Of a DNA stretch of 64,000 bases, positions 11,016 to 22,516 are shown piece after piece; within the stretch, counting starts at the first letter, position 1, and each line of letters begins with the position of its first letter. The notes under the pieces are model-generated. The model was not told the DNA's origin. It made no database searches and saw nothing but the letters and a program-made list of their open reading frames with translations. The stretch covers positions 32,001 through 96,000 of IMG/VR virus record IMGVR_UViG_3300032397_000003; one strand, written 5' to 3'. The translations under genes were made by a program, and so were the position numbers. This stretch comes from a virus.

Positions 11016-11179
11016 TAAATAGTTGATTTTTATATACATTATAAGTTAATGGGGGGGGGTATGGTATGTAACCGTGAAAGGTTATGAGAAAAATCAGTCT
11101 ATACTAATTAAAAAGTTACAAGGGTAACAAACAAAAATTTAAGTCACTTATATGTGGCAAACAAAGGAAGAGGTATCAA

Positions 11180-12709
11180 ATGTCAACAGAGAATCAATCA
11201 CCAGCAGTAGATGTATTTGCACAAGCTCTCGCAAAAAGAAATCAACAAAAAACAGAACAGGAAGAAGCTAAAAACAATCAAGGGTCTTATGAGTATGAAC
11301 AAGTGGAAACAGTTGGTCTAGTCAGAGATAAAGAGATTGTTGGTAGAATTATGGGTGCTCCTGTAGAAGTAAGAACATTACCTACAGACTGTAAACTTAT
11401 TCTTCAATCAAGTATAGTAAAAGCTGATAAAAAAGGTTATGTTAAAATTACTTGGCCTATGATTGAGAAAAAAGGAAAAAATGTACCTGATCCAGAATGG
11501 ATTGTATCAAAACTTTATGATACAGTATTTAAAAAGAAATGGGTAAAGTTCTCAGAAGGTATTCTAAAAGATGCTGATGGAAAAGTTTATCCTGCTGATC
11601 ATAAAACAGCAAGACAGAAAGATGGCATGTATGTTTATGATCATGCTCGTACAAAGATTTACGAAGAAATGGATGGCAATACAAAAGTAGGTGATCTTTA
11701 TCCTCCTAAGTTTGCCCCAGGTCAAAGAGTAATTTGTAATTGGATTGATAGACATGATTCATGGTGTAAAGATAACAAACATTCAAAGGTACTTACAGCA
11801 TCAAAGAAACCTTATGAGAAAATAGCAACAGATGGGACTAAAACAACTATCTATTTTTCTGATACAGGAATTCCTGGTGGATTGTATGATAAGATTTTTG
11901 AATACTCTCAAGCTGTTGGAACTATGGATAATGATCTTGTAATTACAAAGATTGAAAAAGATTATAAAGTATTTGATAGTACAGATACAAAGTTTATTAC
12001 TCCTGAATCAGCAAAACTTGGAGTAAAGACAAAAATATCAGAGGAAGAAAAATCTTATGCTCTTTATGATCTTGATAAATTGTATGCAGTATCTTCTTAT
12101 TCAAAGATTAAAAAACATCTATCACCTTTATTTAAACTTTGTGATGCAGAACTCAATACAAATTTCATGACTGAGCTTGAAGAACTTTGTAAAATAGAAG
12201 AAGCAGAAAGAAAAGCTAAAAAAGATGAAGTAAGTGTTTATTATATCAATCCTGAATCAGGGGCTTATGGTATTACTACAACTGAAGATTTACATGAGTT
12301 AATAGAATCAGATGAAAATGTAATGGAAGTAACAAAAGAACAGCATGACCAATTTGTTGCTCAAGAGTCCAAACTAAATCCTGAAGTTGCTACAACTCAA
12401 CTAGTTGATGCTACTCCAGAAGAACCTAAAGTACAAACAGCTTCAAGAAGAGGGGCTTCAGTAGAAACTTCTAAAGTAACTGAAGATCAGTGTAAAGCTA
12501 ATTTTCCAAATTGGGAAAAACTTTCAGATGAAGACAAAAAATTTATGTTTGAATTTATTGTTAAGTTTGATGGTAATGTTCCTGTATATAAGGACAATAC
12601 TCCACTTGGTTGTGCTGATGAGACATGTGTATTTCCAGGAACTGATAGAATGACTATTGTACCCGTGGAAGTTCATACTTGTCCAGTATGTGGAAGATTT
12701 TTAGAGTAG
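11180..12709 (+). CDS. Large hypothetical protein, possible ssDNA-binding protein, with C-terminal CPVCG zinc ribbon
   Basis: TACTAAT promoter, replication context, acidic low-complexity region; SSB role is a guess. Confidence 0.4.
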   Translation: MSTENQSPAVDVFAQALAKRNQQKTEQEEAKNNQGSYEYEQVETVGLVRDKEIVGRIMGAPVEVRTLPTDCKLILQSSIVKADKKGYVKITWPMIEKKGKNVPDPEWIVSKLYDTVFKKKWVKFSEGILKDADGKVYPADHKTARQKDGMYVYDHARTKIYEEMDGNTKVGDLYPPKFAPGQRVICNWIDRHDSWCKDNKHSKVLTASKKPYEKIATDGTKTTIYFSDTGIPGGLYDKIFEYSQAVGTMDNDLVITKIEKDYKVFDSTDTKFITPESAKLGVKTKISEEEKSYALYDLDKLYAVSSYSKIKKHLSPLFKLCDAELNTNFMTELEELCKIEEAERKAKKDEVSVYYINPESGAYGITTTEDLHELIESDENVMEVTKEQHDQFVAQESKLNPEVATTQLVDATPEEPKVQTASRRGASVETSKVTEDQCKANFPNWEKLSDEDKKFMFEFIVKFDGNVPVYKDNTPLGCADETCVFPGTDRMTIVPVEVHTCPVCGRFLE

Positions 12710-12729
12710 ATTAAATTTTGTTTTATATC

Positions 12730-12763
12730 AAAATATCTATCTTGAAATATAGATAGATATTTT
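12730..12763 (+). terminator. Hairpin, probable intrinsic terminator
   Basis: AAAATATCTATCT-8 nt-AGATAGATATTTT just after the gene. Confidence 0.65.
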
Positions 12764-12835
12764 TAATAAAGCAGAATTTTTCTATATATTATAAAAATAA
12801 GGAGCTACTTATCTTTATAATTTAGGGGTTAAAAA

Positions 12836-13015
12836 ATGATATTAAAAACATGCCAAGAATGGCAAGAAGAATCAGATGTAATAGTTTATGATCCAGATGG
12901 ATGGGATAAAAAGAATTATGACTATTCATGGTTTGAAGAGAAGATATCTTTAGTAGAATTTGAAAAGAGATTTATTAAAAGTATATGTAAGAGGAAGAAT
13001 GACAGAACTATATAA
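12836..13015 (+). CDS. Small phage protein with DPDGWD motif, 59 aa, absent from the ORF track
   Basis: MILKTCQEWQEESDVIVYDPDGWDKKNY...; class-A promoter at 12780. Confidence 0.6.
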   Translation: MILKTCQEWQEESDVIVYDPDGWDKKNYDYSWFEEKISLVEFEKRFIKSICKRKNDRTI

Positions 13016-13562
13016 ACTCAAAATACTAACTGAAGATGAATTTATAGAAAAATGTAGATCAGGTAAGTGTCTTAGACAAACCATCAAATCAAAACAATGT
13101 GAGAAAGAAACAAAACAAATTCAATGTTATAAAAAATATGTTTTAAAAAAAGAAAAAGATTGGAAGAAAGACCATGAAGAGAAGGATTATGAATGGGAGT
13201 CTCTCAAAGAAACTATAAAATTAAGGGACATGAGTTGTTTATTTGTAAAAATAGCTACTGTTCAAGAATTGAGTATCTTGGAGAAAAAAGAAGGGTGGTG
13301 GCTTCAAAAATTTATAGACGGGGCACATTTGATTTCCCGTGCAGAAGCCCCATCTCAAATTTACAATGTTAATAATGTTATTTTATTAAATAGATATATA
13401 CATTCTTGTTTAGATCAATTTATAAACCCTTTAACAGGGGAGTCTATGGGTATAGAAGGGAAAGCACAATGGATTACAAGAATAATGCAAGAAAATAAAT
13501 TATGGGATTCAAATTATGATTATTGGAATTTTAGACAAGATTTGCTTGGTATTACTAATTAA
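12960..13562 (+). CDS. HNH-like nuclease (NinG/Ref-like); likely start ATG 12999
   Basis: LRDMSC...DGAHLISR...YNVNNVILLNRYIHSCLD. Confidence 0.55.
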   Translation: MKRDLLKVYVRGRMTELYKLKILTEDEFIEKCRSGKCLRQTIKSKQCEKETKQIQCYKKYVLKKEKDWKKDHEEKDYEWESLKETIKLRDMSCLFVKIATVQELSILEKKEGWWLQKFIDGAHLISRAEAPSQIYNVNNVILLNRYIHSCLDQFINPLTGESMGIEGKAQWITRIMQENKLWDSNYDYWNFRQDLLGITN

Positions 13563-13644
13563 AATCTTGGATAGGTTTTGCAGGAATGTGGTCAAGTGAA
13601 TATACTTATGATGACTTTTATAAAGAAATAACAGGAGAAGGGAA

Positions 13645-14773
13645 ATGAATGAACAACTAAAGAAAATATTAGATAAGAAACCTCCAACATTTGAGGAATT
13701 TCTTGATCCTAAAAATGGGTATATTACTGAAGATTTGTATAATCATTTAGTTAAAAAAGAACAACCAACAATGATTACAATTACTTTAGCAGAATATAAT
13801 ATGTTAAATGAAAGAGATTTCTGGCTCAATTGTTTAGAGAACGCAGGAGTAGATAATTGGGAAGGATTTGATTTAGCTTGTGATTTAAGAGATGAATATT
13901 TAAATGAGTAAAGAATTATTATTTGTACAATGTGAATTAAAGAGAAGACATGAAGATTTAGAGTTAGCTATAAAAAATTATAAAGGAGAAAAATTAAATG
14001 AATCAAATGATGATTGATAGTGTAATTGAAGAAATAAAATTAGATTTAGATTTTAGTGCTGCTGGGAGTAAAAGTTTTAGAAATCATGTACTTTGGGTTT
14101 TACCTAACTTTTTTAAAAATATTGATAATTTTCCTTCAGATAATTTAATATTAAGTTCACATTCAAAACTTTCAGCATTATTTTTTAATTATTGTTTATT
14201 TGATAATATTCCAGGTAGGAGATTACATTATCCTCAATTTTTAATTTTAGAATTATTTCAAGGTATTTCTAATAATACTTTTAATTTTAAAGAGCTTGCA
14301 AAATTACAGGAGAATATTTTAAAAAGAGCTACCTATCCGCATAGTATCTGCATAGATGGTGAAGGTACTGTTAAGGATAATGAAGTGTGGTTAGAGAATA
14401 AAAATAAAAAATTTAAAGTTATAAAATTTATAAATTTATAAAAGGAGATATATTAAAAATGGTTAATCAAGTTTTGGTAGATGAATTAGTTAGTGATATA
14501 CAATCAGGTAAAAAAGATTTACGAGAATGTATAGAAGATTATGAAAGACAGTTAGATGAAGAAGATGGAACTTTTGCTATACAGTTAATAAGGGAACAGG
14601 AAATTTCTTATGAAGCTGAAATAGAATCTTTAGAAGATGATATAAGTTCTTTAGAAGAAAGATTAGATAGTAAAAATTATCTTATAGAAGAATTAAGAGT
14701 CACTATAAGTAATCAAGAAAAAGAAATATATAGGTTAGAACTTATTATAAAAGATTTTGGTGATAGTAGATGA
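13645..14773 (+). CDS. Three hypothetical genes (13645-13911, 13998-14441, 14459-14773 coiled-coil)
   Basis: ORF track, RBSs; LENAGVDNWEG motif in the first. Confidence 0.6.
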
Positions 14774-14949
14774 AACAAGAAAAAGAAAAACCAGTCAAAT
14801 ATTATGAATTTTTTTGTAGTAATGAAAATTGTAATCATGAGTGGTTAAGTAAGAATGAGGATAATATTTGTCCTGAATGTAAAGGAACAATACTTGAGTT
14901 CGCAAAATTACGCTAATACTAATTAAAAAACATATAAGGAGAATAAAGA

Positions 14950-16176
14950 ATGTCATCAGTACAAGACATGGTTAAAGAAAAAATGAAGATTCTAGAAGGC
15001 GGTGCTTTAAAAGAACTTCATAAAACATTTGGAGAGAATTCCTATTATATAGGAAAGAAAACAATTCCTCAAGTACCTTTGATATGTAGCTCAGGGTCAT
15101 TGAATCTTGATGAAGCATTAGGAATTGGAGGATGGCCAGCAGGAAGAATTATTGAGATTGGTGGTCAAGAATCATCAGGTAAATCCACTCTTACTCTTAT
15201 TAACATTGCAGAGTGTCAAAGAAAAGGAATGTTATGTGCTTATGTGGATGCAGAGCAATCATTTGACCCGGGATGGGCAGCTAAATTAAATGTTGACGTG
15301 GAAAATTTACTTGTAGTACAACCTGACTATTGCGAAGAAGCTTTTAATATGTTAAGAGTTATTTTAGATTCAAGTGTAATGAGTTTAGTAGTAGTTGACT
15401 CAACTAATTCAATGATTCCTAAGAGACTTTTTGAAGGCGATCCAGGGGATTCAGGAATGGGATTAGCAGCAAGAATATTTTCGCAGGAACTTCCTATTAT
15501 TAGAACTAAATGTACAAATACAGGAACGACTGTTATATTTCTTTCGCAAGTAAGAAGTAAGATTGGGGGATATGGTAATCCGGATGTAATCGGGGTAGGA
15601 AATGCTCTTAAATTCTATTCAAGTATTCGTATTAAGACTTCTAAAGCAGAAGTAGAAAAAACTGATGAAGAAGGACAAGAAAAAGTTGATGTAAATATGT
15701 CTATCTTTAAAAACAAAGTTGGTATTCCATTTAAGAAAGCATCTTTTACTCTTAATACAGGTAAGGATGGTGAGTATGGAATAGATACTATGAAAGAGCT
15801 TATAGAGTATGCTATTAGATATGAGATGGTTAAGAAAGCAGGTTCATGGTTTTCTTATATGCCAGTAGGAGGAGCTGAAGAAAAGCTTGGACAAGGTATG
15901 CCCAATGTTAAAAAGTTCTTTAAAGAAAATCCTGTAGTATTTGAAAAAGTAAGAGGGGATATTCTACAGAAGATTCAAGATGCAAGAAATGTTGCTGTAG
16001 GAGTTACTCCAGATTCTTTCAATAGTGTTATGTCTGCTGTAGAAGATAAGCCTAAAAGAAGAAGTAAAAAAGAGGAAGCTGTTGAAGAAAAAGTATTAGA
16101 TATTAAAGAAGCTGAACTTATTCCTGATGCAGAAACTCTAGAATATATGAAAGAAGTAGGAGAAATAGATAAATAA
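14950..16176 (+). CDS. recA: RecA recombinase
   Basis: LGIGGWPAGRIIEIGGQESSGKST, VDAEQ, GNALKFYSSIR, KNKV, KAGSWFSY. Confidence 0.97.
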   Translation: MSSVQDMVKEKMKILEGGALKELHKTFGENSYYIGKKTIPQVPLICSSGSLNLDEALGIGGWPAGRIIEIGGQESSGKSTLTLINIAECQRKGMLCAYVDAEQSFDPGWAAKLNVDVENLLVVQPDYCEEAFNMLRVILDSSVMSLVVVDSTNSMIPKRLFEGDPGDSGMGLAARIFSQELPIIRTKCTNTGTTVIFLSQVRSKIGGYGNPDVIGVGNALKFYSSIRIKTSKAEVEKTDEEGQEKVDVNMSIFKNKVGIPFKKASFTLNTGKDGEYGIDTMKELIEYAIRYEMVKKAGSWFSYMPVGGAEEKLGQGMPNVKKFFKENPVVFEKVRGDILQKIQDARNVAVGVTPDSFNSVMSAVEDKPKRRSKKEEAVEEKVLDIKEAELIPDAETLEYMKEVGEIDK

Positions 16177-16268
16177 AGTTTAATTTTATCGAAAAATTCT
16201 ATATATTATAAGTAGATAGTAAGATTAAACTTTTACTGTCTACTAAATATTTTAACTAAGGAGAAATT

Positions 16269-17921
16269 ATGAAAAAAATTGAGAAATTAACAAAAAAGCA
16301 AGAAGCACAATTAGAAGTTTATAGAGATAAGTGGCTTGCTATAGGTTTATCTACAGAGCAACCTTCTTTTGAAAGAACAAAAGAAATAATAGATAATGTT
16401 TATATTCATTTATTAGAAAAACCTATTGTTCCTGTAGTAGTACTTGATAATCCTTATGATACATGGGTAGCAGTTTGTATACATGCTTCAGAAAGGAATC
16501 AAGTTGGGAATCAAGTTAGGAATCAAGTTTGGAATCAAGTTGAGAATCAAGTTAGGAATCAAGTTGGGAATCAAGTTAGGAATCAAGTTTGGAATCAAGT
16601 TGAGAATCAAGTTAGGAATCAAGTTGGGAATCAAGTTTGGAATCAAGTTGAGAATCAAGTTTGGAATCAAGTTGAGAATCAAGTTGAGAATCAAGTTTGG
16701 AATCAAGTTGAGAATCAAGTTGGGAATCAAGTTGAGAATCAAGTTTGGAATCAAGTTGATAATCAAGTTAGGAATCAAGTTTGGAATCAAGTTGAGAATC
16801 AAGTTGAGAATCAAGTTGAGAATCAAGTTAGGAATCAAGTTGAGAATCAAGTTGAGAATCAAGTTAGGAATCAAGTTGAGAATCAAGTTTGGAATCAAGT
16901 TAGGAATCAAGTTGGGAATCAAGTTGAGAATCAAGTTGGGAATCAAGTTGAGAATCAAGTTAGGAATCAAGTTGAGAATCAAGTTTGGAATCAAGTTAGG
17001 AATCAAGTTGAGAATCAAGTTTGGAATCAAGTTAGGAATCAAGTTGAGAATCAAGTTGAGAATCAAGTTTGGAATCAAGTTGAGAATCAAGTTGGGGATC
17101 AAGTTGAGAATCAAGTTGAGAATCAAGTTTGGAATCAAGTTTGGAATCAAGTTGGGAATCAAGTTAGGAATCAAGTTGAGAATCAAGTTGAGAATCAAGT
17201 TGAGAATCAAGTTTGGAATCAAGTTTGGAATCAAGTTGAGAATCAAGTTAGGAATCAAGTTAGAGATCAGAAAAATTTATTAAATTTTGTCTATCCATAT
17301 TTAGATGGAAATTTAATGTCAGGATATTTTTCTTTTTATGATTTCTGTTTAAATGAATTAAAAGTAGATTTAGATATTAAATTTAAAAATATCTTTAATG
17401 TTTATAAAGATACTTCCGAATTATCTTTAATTTATCCTTTTGATGATATCTGTTTTGTTTGTTCTAAACCAATAGAGATTTATTTTAACGAAAACAAAGT
17501 ATTACATAATTCTAATGGGGCAAGTATTAAATATAAAAATGGATTTGAATTATATCATCTTAATGGAGTTAAAGTAACAAAGGAAATTGTAAAAATTAAA
17601 CCAGAAAAAATTACTGTTAATATGATTTTACAAGAACAGAACGTAGAAGTAAGGAGAGAGCTTCTGAGAAAACTTGGTATAGATAATTTTATTAAAAAAC
17701 TTAAAACTAAACCAATTGATACCCCAGAAGATAAAGTATATGAACTTTATAAATTTAAGATCGGAAATGATATAGACGCTACGTATCTTAAAATGTTAAA
17801 TCCCTCTTTAAAAGATACTTATCATTTTGAAGGGGTAGCTAATAGTTGTAAAACAGTAGAGGAAGCACTTGCATGGAGAGATTCAGAAGATGTATATATT
17901 AAACCAATAGAATTGACATAG
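16269..17921 (+). CDS. DUF6745-like protein containing 64 NQVx tetrapeptide repeats
   Basis: Post-repeat FYDF...KPIEI...LHNSNGASIKY.NG..LY.LNGV...NVEVRR pattern. Confidence 0.75.
   Translation: MKKIEKLTKKQEAQLEVYRDKWLAIGLSTEQPSFERTKEIIDNVYIHLLEKPIVPVVVLDNPYDTWVAVCIHASERNQVGNQVRNQVWNQVENQVRNQVGNQVRNQVWNQVENQVRNQVGNQVWNQVENQVWNQVENQVENQVWNQVENQVGNQVENQVWNQVDNQVRNQVWNQVENQVENQVENQVRNQVENQVENQVRNQVENQVWNQVRNQVGNQVENQVGNQVENQVRNQVENQVWNQVRNQVENQVWNQVRNQVENQVENQVWNQVENQVGDQVENQVENQVWNQVWNQVGNQVRNQVENQVENQVENQVWNQVWNQVENQVRNQVRDQKNLLNFVYPYLDGNLMSGYFSFYDFCLNELKVDLDIKFKNIFNVYKDTSELSLIYPFDDICFVCSKPIEIYFNENKVLHNSNGASIKYKNGFELYHLNGVKVTKEIVKIKPEKITVNMILQEQNVEVRRELLRKLGIDNFIKKLKTKPIDTPEDKVYELYKFKIGNDIDATYLKMLNPSLKDTYHFEGVANSCKTVEEALAWRDSEDVYIKPIELT
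16497..17264 (+). repeat. Tandem array of 64 x 12 bp AATCAAGTT-NNN (NNN = GAG/AGG/TGG/GGG, once GAT, once AGA)
   Basis: Directly visible; one unit begins GATC (DQV). Confidence 0.98.
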
Positions 17922-17933
17922 GAGAAAATTAAA

Positions 17934-18248
17934 ATGAAGAAATTTCAACAAGGGGATTTAATTCTAAAAGAGAGCAAAGTTTCTAAAAAAGAATATGGTA
18001 AAAAACTTAATCATTTGATATTACAACAATCAGATGTAAGTAATCATAAACATCAAATAACAAATGGAACCGCTATACTTTATTCTACACAAAGAGCAGA
18101 TGAATTTTATTTAGAGGTGACTTCAGAGAAAGCTGTATTAGCTCATGAAGAACATACCTCCGTAAACATCCCTAAAGGAAAATATTTTATTTATGGAGTA
18201 AGAGAATTTGATCCATTTGAAGATGTAATAAGAAGAGTAAGAGATTAA
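17934..18248 (+). CDS. Small His-rich partner protein (QGD...HxH...HEEH...REFDP)
   Basis: FQQGDLIL, NHKH, LAHEEH, IPKGKY, REFDPF. Confidence 0.7.
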   Translation: MKKFQQGDLILKESKVSKKEYGKKLNHLILQQSDVSNHKHQITNGTAILYSTQRADEFYLEVTSEKAVLAHEEHTSVNIPKGKYFIYGVREFDPFEDVIRRVRD

Positions 18249-18271
18249 AAATGTAATTAAGGAGAAATAAA

Positions 18272-19556
18272 ATGGAAAGATCATGGAATAATGAATTTAA
18301 AGAGATACAACAAAGTTATGAGTTTGGATATCAAAAAATTAAAGTAATAGAGGATATTAACTATATGGATTCTAATTATAGTGATATTACTTGGTTAGAA
18401 GGATGGGAAAGAAATTATGTTGAGGAGAAAGTACAAGAGTTATTAGAAGAGTATAAAAGATTTAATACTTATCCTAAAGTGTATTATAAAATATGGATGA
18501 GACCTATAGGTCTAGTATTTGTAAAAGATGTAGAATAAGGAGAAATACAAATGAATAGTTTACTTCAATCAATAGAAGCAGAAAATAGTTTTTCTAAATT
18601 AGATCATAAGATAGATGTATGGTTAAAAGATCATCCTTTATCATCTAAAATACAAGACAGTGTACAAATAGCAAAAGAAGATATTGTATCATTTAATAAA
18701 ATGTTTTATGAGAGGTTATTTATATGAATCTTGAAAGAAGAGAAAAATTCAAACAGATTAAACAGATTGATAGATTAGGTAGAACACTAAAGGGGGATGA
18801 ACTTCTTATTACTTTATCCAATGGTAAACAAATAAGAACTTTTGGTGATATTGAATGTTTAACTGTAGATAGATTTGGAGATGAAGAACCAATTAAAGCA
18901 AGTCTACTAACTACAGAATTAGCAATTAAGATAGAACAGTTTAGTAATCAATTATAGGAGAAGTAGATGAGTTCTATTTTTTATTTCACTAAGTTTCAAA
19001 AATTTAAATATATCATTAGATATAAATTATCTAAAAGATATAAATTAAAATGTGATTTAGCTCAAAAGTTATTAGATAACCAAATTAAATATTTAAAATC
19101 TATAGATAAAAATAGGGTAATATCTCCAAGTAATATTCTATCTCTTATTGATTTTTCTTATTCAAAAAATATATGGAAAGATATTATTCAAAATCCTAAA
19201 TCAGATGACTTATACTATATAAATATGGAGAAATATAAATGATAGTTCAAAACATAGACATAAAAGGTAATAATTATGAGAGTATGGATACCGTTCCAGA
19301 ACCACTATCCACTTATATATCTTGGATATATCCTGAAATTTATGATCCTATTGATAAATCATATATTGAATTATCTTTAATACATACTAGGGCAGCTGAC
19401 AGTATAAGAATAAATTATGACTCTACAAGAGATGGTTGGGTAATTAAACAAGCGTCTGTTTTTGAATTTAATTGTGATGATAAAGTTTGTGATCAAGATT
19501 GGAAAGAAGTTGCTTTTATAGAAGCATGGGCAAGGGAGACTAAAAAAGATGATTAA
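18272..19556 (+). CDS. Small hypothetical genes (18272-18538, 18724-18957, 18967-19242, 19239-19556)
   Basis: ORF track, RBSs. Confidence 0.6.
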
Positions 19557-21705
19557 AAAATTGTATATTCGGGATTTCAGAAACATCAAAGAATTAATTA
19601 TAGAACCATCTGAGTATGTTAATCTTATATCAGGTAATAATGGGGAAGGTAAATCTTCTATTCTCTACGCTATTGAATATTGTCTTACAGATAATCTTAA
19701 TGAAAAGATTTCAGAGTATGTAAGATGGGGGTGTGATAAGTTTTTTCTTGAAATGACTTTTGATCATTCAGGTAGTGAATATGTAATTAAAATTGAAGGT
19801 GATAAAACAGCTAAGAAGGAATTAAAAGTTGATGGTAATACTTATAAAAATTCTGAAGCTACAAAAAAGTTAGCTGAAATAATTGATCCTAATATTATCA
19901 GATATTCTTCTATAAGTGAACAGGGCAAGACAGCACAGATATTATTTGATACTCCCGCTAATAGACTTAAAAAACTTAAAGAGATTTTAGGTATAGACAA
20001 GATATCAGAACTATGTCAAGATTTAAAAGAGGATATAGATAAAAAACAAATTGAAATAAATCTTCATGATAAAGAGATGAAAGTTTTAGAAGATAAGACT
20101 TATAACTTTATTACTGTTGAAAAATTACCTAATATAGAAGATATAAAATCTAAGTTTGATATACTTGAAAAAGATAAAAAGAATTATGATCTACAATCAG
20201 TAATATATGAGACATATTTAAAAGATAAAAAATTATATGAAGATTCAATTATAAATTTGAATACATATGATAAAGAGACTAAACAGTTTAAAGATAAAAT
20301 AGTTGAATTAGAATCTTCTCAAAAAACATATGAAGATAATACCTCTGTGGATGATTTAAATGAAAAAATAATTAACTTAGAAAAAGAACAAATTCAAATT
20401 CAAAATGAAAGAGATGCTTATCAAAGAATAAGTTTAAAAATACAATCTTTAAGAAGTTCAATTTTATCAGAAAGTAATGAATTGCTTTTATATCCTTTGA
20501 GAAGATTATCCACTTGTAAATATACAAATGAAGATTTGTTAATTGTAGAGGATTTATTAACCAAAGATAAAATAAATATAGCATCAGTAAAAAAATCTTT
20601 ACAGTTAGCAAAAGAAGGTAAATGTCCAACTTGCGGGCAAGATTATATAGTTAATGCTGATGAATTAAAAGTAATGATAAATGCTTTACAATTTACTATA
20701 TTAGATAATGAAGAGAAAATAAAAGAAATAAAAAAAGAAATAGAAGATTACAATAAATCTTTTAATGAACAAGAAAAAATTAAAATAAGAAGACAAAACT
20801 GTCAAAATAAAATAGATGATTGTCAATCTGAATTGGATGGGTTACTTAATGGATTTATTGAAAGGGACTTGAATGAACCTCAAGTAGATTATAGAAATAC
20901 AATAAGTAGTTTACAAAAAAAGATTAAAGACCATAATGCTGTTAATCTTTTTAATGTTAATATATCTAATGAAGTAAGAGACTTCAAAAATAAGATAGAA
21001 ACAAATATTAAATTAAGTGAACAATTTAGAAAGGTATTACTTCCGGTTGAAGTAAATGAACCAGAAATGTATGATCATGTGGAGTATGAATTCTTAAAAA
21101 GTGAAATACTTATTTATGATGCAAGGTTAAAGGATCAAGAAAAACTAATTGCTCATAATGAGAAAATAGAGGAAGAAAAAGAATCGGATAAATTAAAAAT
21201 AAAATCTTTAATTTCATTTATAGATTCTATATCTTATAAAGTGGGGATACTAAAAGAATCAAGACAGATTCTTGATAAAGATTTTAGTGCTTGGTTAATA
21301 GATCAAGGTGCTGAGTATCTAAAAGAGAAAATGAATGAATTTTTTAGTAATGCATATGGCAAGTACGAAATTACATTTTCTCAGGATAAGAATAGTATTG
21401 ATTTTTTCTATTCAGATGGTGATAATATTTCACCTTGTTCAATGGCTAGTGGACATGAACAAAAAGTTTTAGCAGTAGGATTTCGTATCGCTTTATCTTC
21501 ATTAAATAATATAGGTCTTATGATGTTGGATGAGGTAGATTCCGATGGAAGTGGGGAGAGGTCACTTCAACTTTATGAAGCTATACTAAGTAATATGAGT
21601 GGAACACAATTCTTTGCTATAAGCCATTCAGAAGAAACTAAAGAAATGTTATTACAGCAACATGGGAGTAAGGAATTTAATGTTGTAAATGGAATGATAA
21701 ATTAA
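19549..21705 (+). CDS. sbcC: SbcC/Rad50-like SMC ATPase
   Basis: GNNGEGKSS Walker A, coiled coil with CPTC zinc hook, ASGHEQ signature, LDEVD Walker B. Confidence 0.92.
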   Translation: MIKKLYIRDFRNIKELIIEPSEYVNLISGNNGEGKSSILYAIEYCLTDNLNEKISEYVRWGCDKFFLEMTFDHSGSEYVIKIEGDKTAKKELKVDGNTYKNSEATKKLAEIIDPNIIRYSSISEQGKTAQILFDTPANRLKKLKEILGIDKISELCQDLKEDIDKKQIEINLHDKEMKVLEDKTYNFITVEKLPNIEDIKSKFDILEKDKKNYDLQSVIYETYLKDKKLYEDSIINLNTYDKETKQFKDKIVELESSQKTYEDNTSVDDLNEKIINLEKEQIQIQNERDAYQRISLKIQSLRSSILSESNELLLYPLRRLSTCKYTNEDLLIVEDLLTKDKINIASVKKSLQLAKEGKCPTCGQDYIVNADELKVMINALQFTILDNEEKIKEIKKEIEDYNKSFNEQEKIKIRRQNCQNKIDDCQSELDGLLNGFIERDLNEPQVDYRNTISSLQKKIKDHNAVNLFNVNISNEVRDFKNKIETNIKLSEQFRKVLLPVEVNEPEMYDHVEYEFLKSEILIYDARLKDQEKLIAHNEKIEEEKESDKLKIKSLISFIDSISYKVGILKESRQILDKDFSAWLIDQGAEYLKEKMNEFFSNAYGKYEITFSQDKNSIDFFYSDGDNISPCSMASGHEQKVLAVGFRIALSSLNNIGLMMLDEVDSDGSGERSLQLYEAILSNMSGTQFFAISHSEETKEMLLQQHGSKEFNVVNGMIN

Positions 21706-21712
21706 AAGGAGA

Positions 21713-22475
21713 ATGATAATGTCAATGTCAAATAGAAAAATTTCAGATTTAATTAAAGAGTTACAAGATGCTTTAGAAAAACACGGTAATTTAGATTTAG
21801 TTTCATCTAGTTACGATGAAGGTAATTCATACGATTTAATTTATTATGATACTACATTAGGATTTTTTGAAGTAGATGATGAAAATATATTTATTCCTGA
21901 AGAATCTTTTAATTGTTATGAGGATGAATATGAAGAGGGTGATTTAAAAATTAATGCTATTTGTATAAATTAAAAGGAGAATATAATGCGAGAGGAACAC
22001 AAATACTTTATAAGTTATCATATGATAAGCAACAATCTATTTATGAATGATGAGATAGTAGTACCTTGTATAGAAAGCATGGAAGATATTGATAAGATAC
22101 AAAAGAAATTAAAAGAAACGTGTGGTGAAGAATGTATAATAATTAACTATCGGATGTTCTGATATGAGTTTTAATGCAGAAGATTTACCTATATGTAGAG
22201 AAGTGGTAACAGGACATACATTAAGAATTAAAGATATAGATACAGATATTCAACAAGGAGATTTAATGCAAATTATTTCCCCAAAATCTATGTATCATAA
22301 ATGGATAGTAATTTTTGACCGAGTAGACACTAATTGGGGTTGTTCTGTTTCGTTTAAATTTAAAAGAGAAGATGGTACCATTAGTTTTGAACATATTTGT
22401 CCAGAACATCTTTACCTAACATGGACAGATTTTAAGTTTAAAAAATTAAATTCTTTAGAGGACGCAGAAAAGTAG
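21713..22475 (+). CDS. Small hypothetical genes (21713-21973, 22164-22475)
   Basis: ORF track. Confidence 0.55.
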
Positions 22476-22516
22476 TTTATACTAATTAAACAAAATAAAA
22501 AAGGAGAATCAGAGTA

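Noticed and set aside
16497-17264. Array as a CRISPR or DGR-like repeat
   Set aside because: Unit is 12 bp with 3-nt variable parts, in frame inside a gene; no cas or reverse transcriptase in the window
16483-17283. ORFs 16483-17283 (+, GIKL repeats) and 16488-17258 (-, NLIP repeats)
   Set aside because: Stop-free shadow frames of the repeat, without RBS or unique sequence
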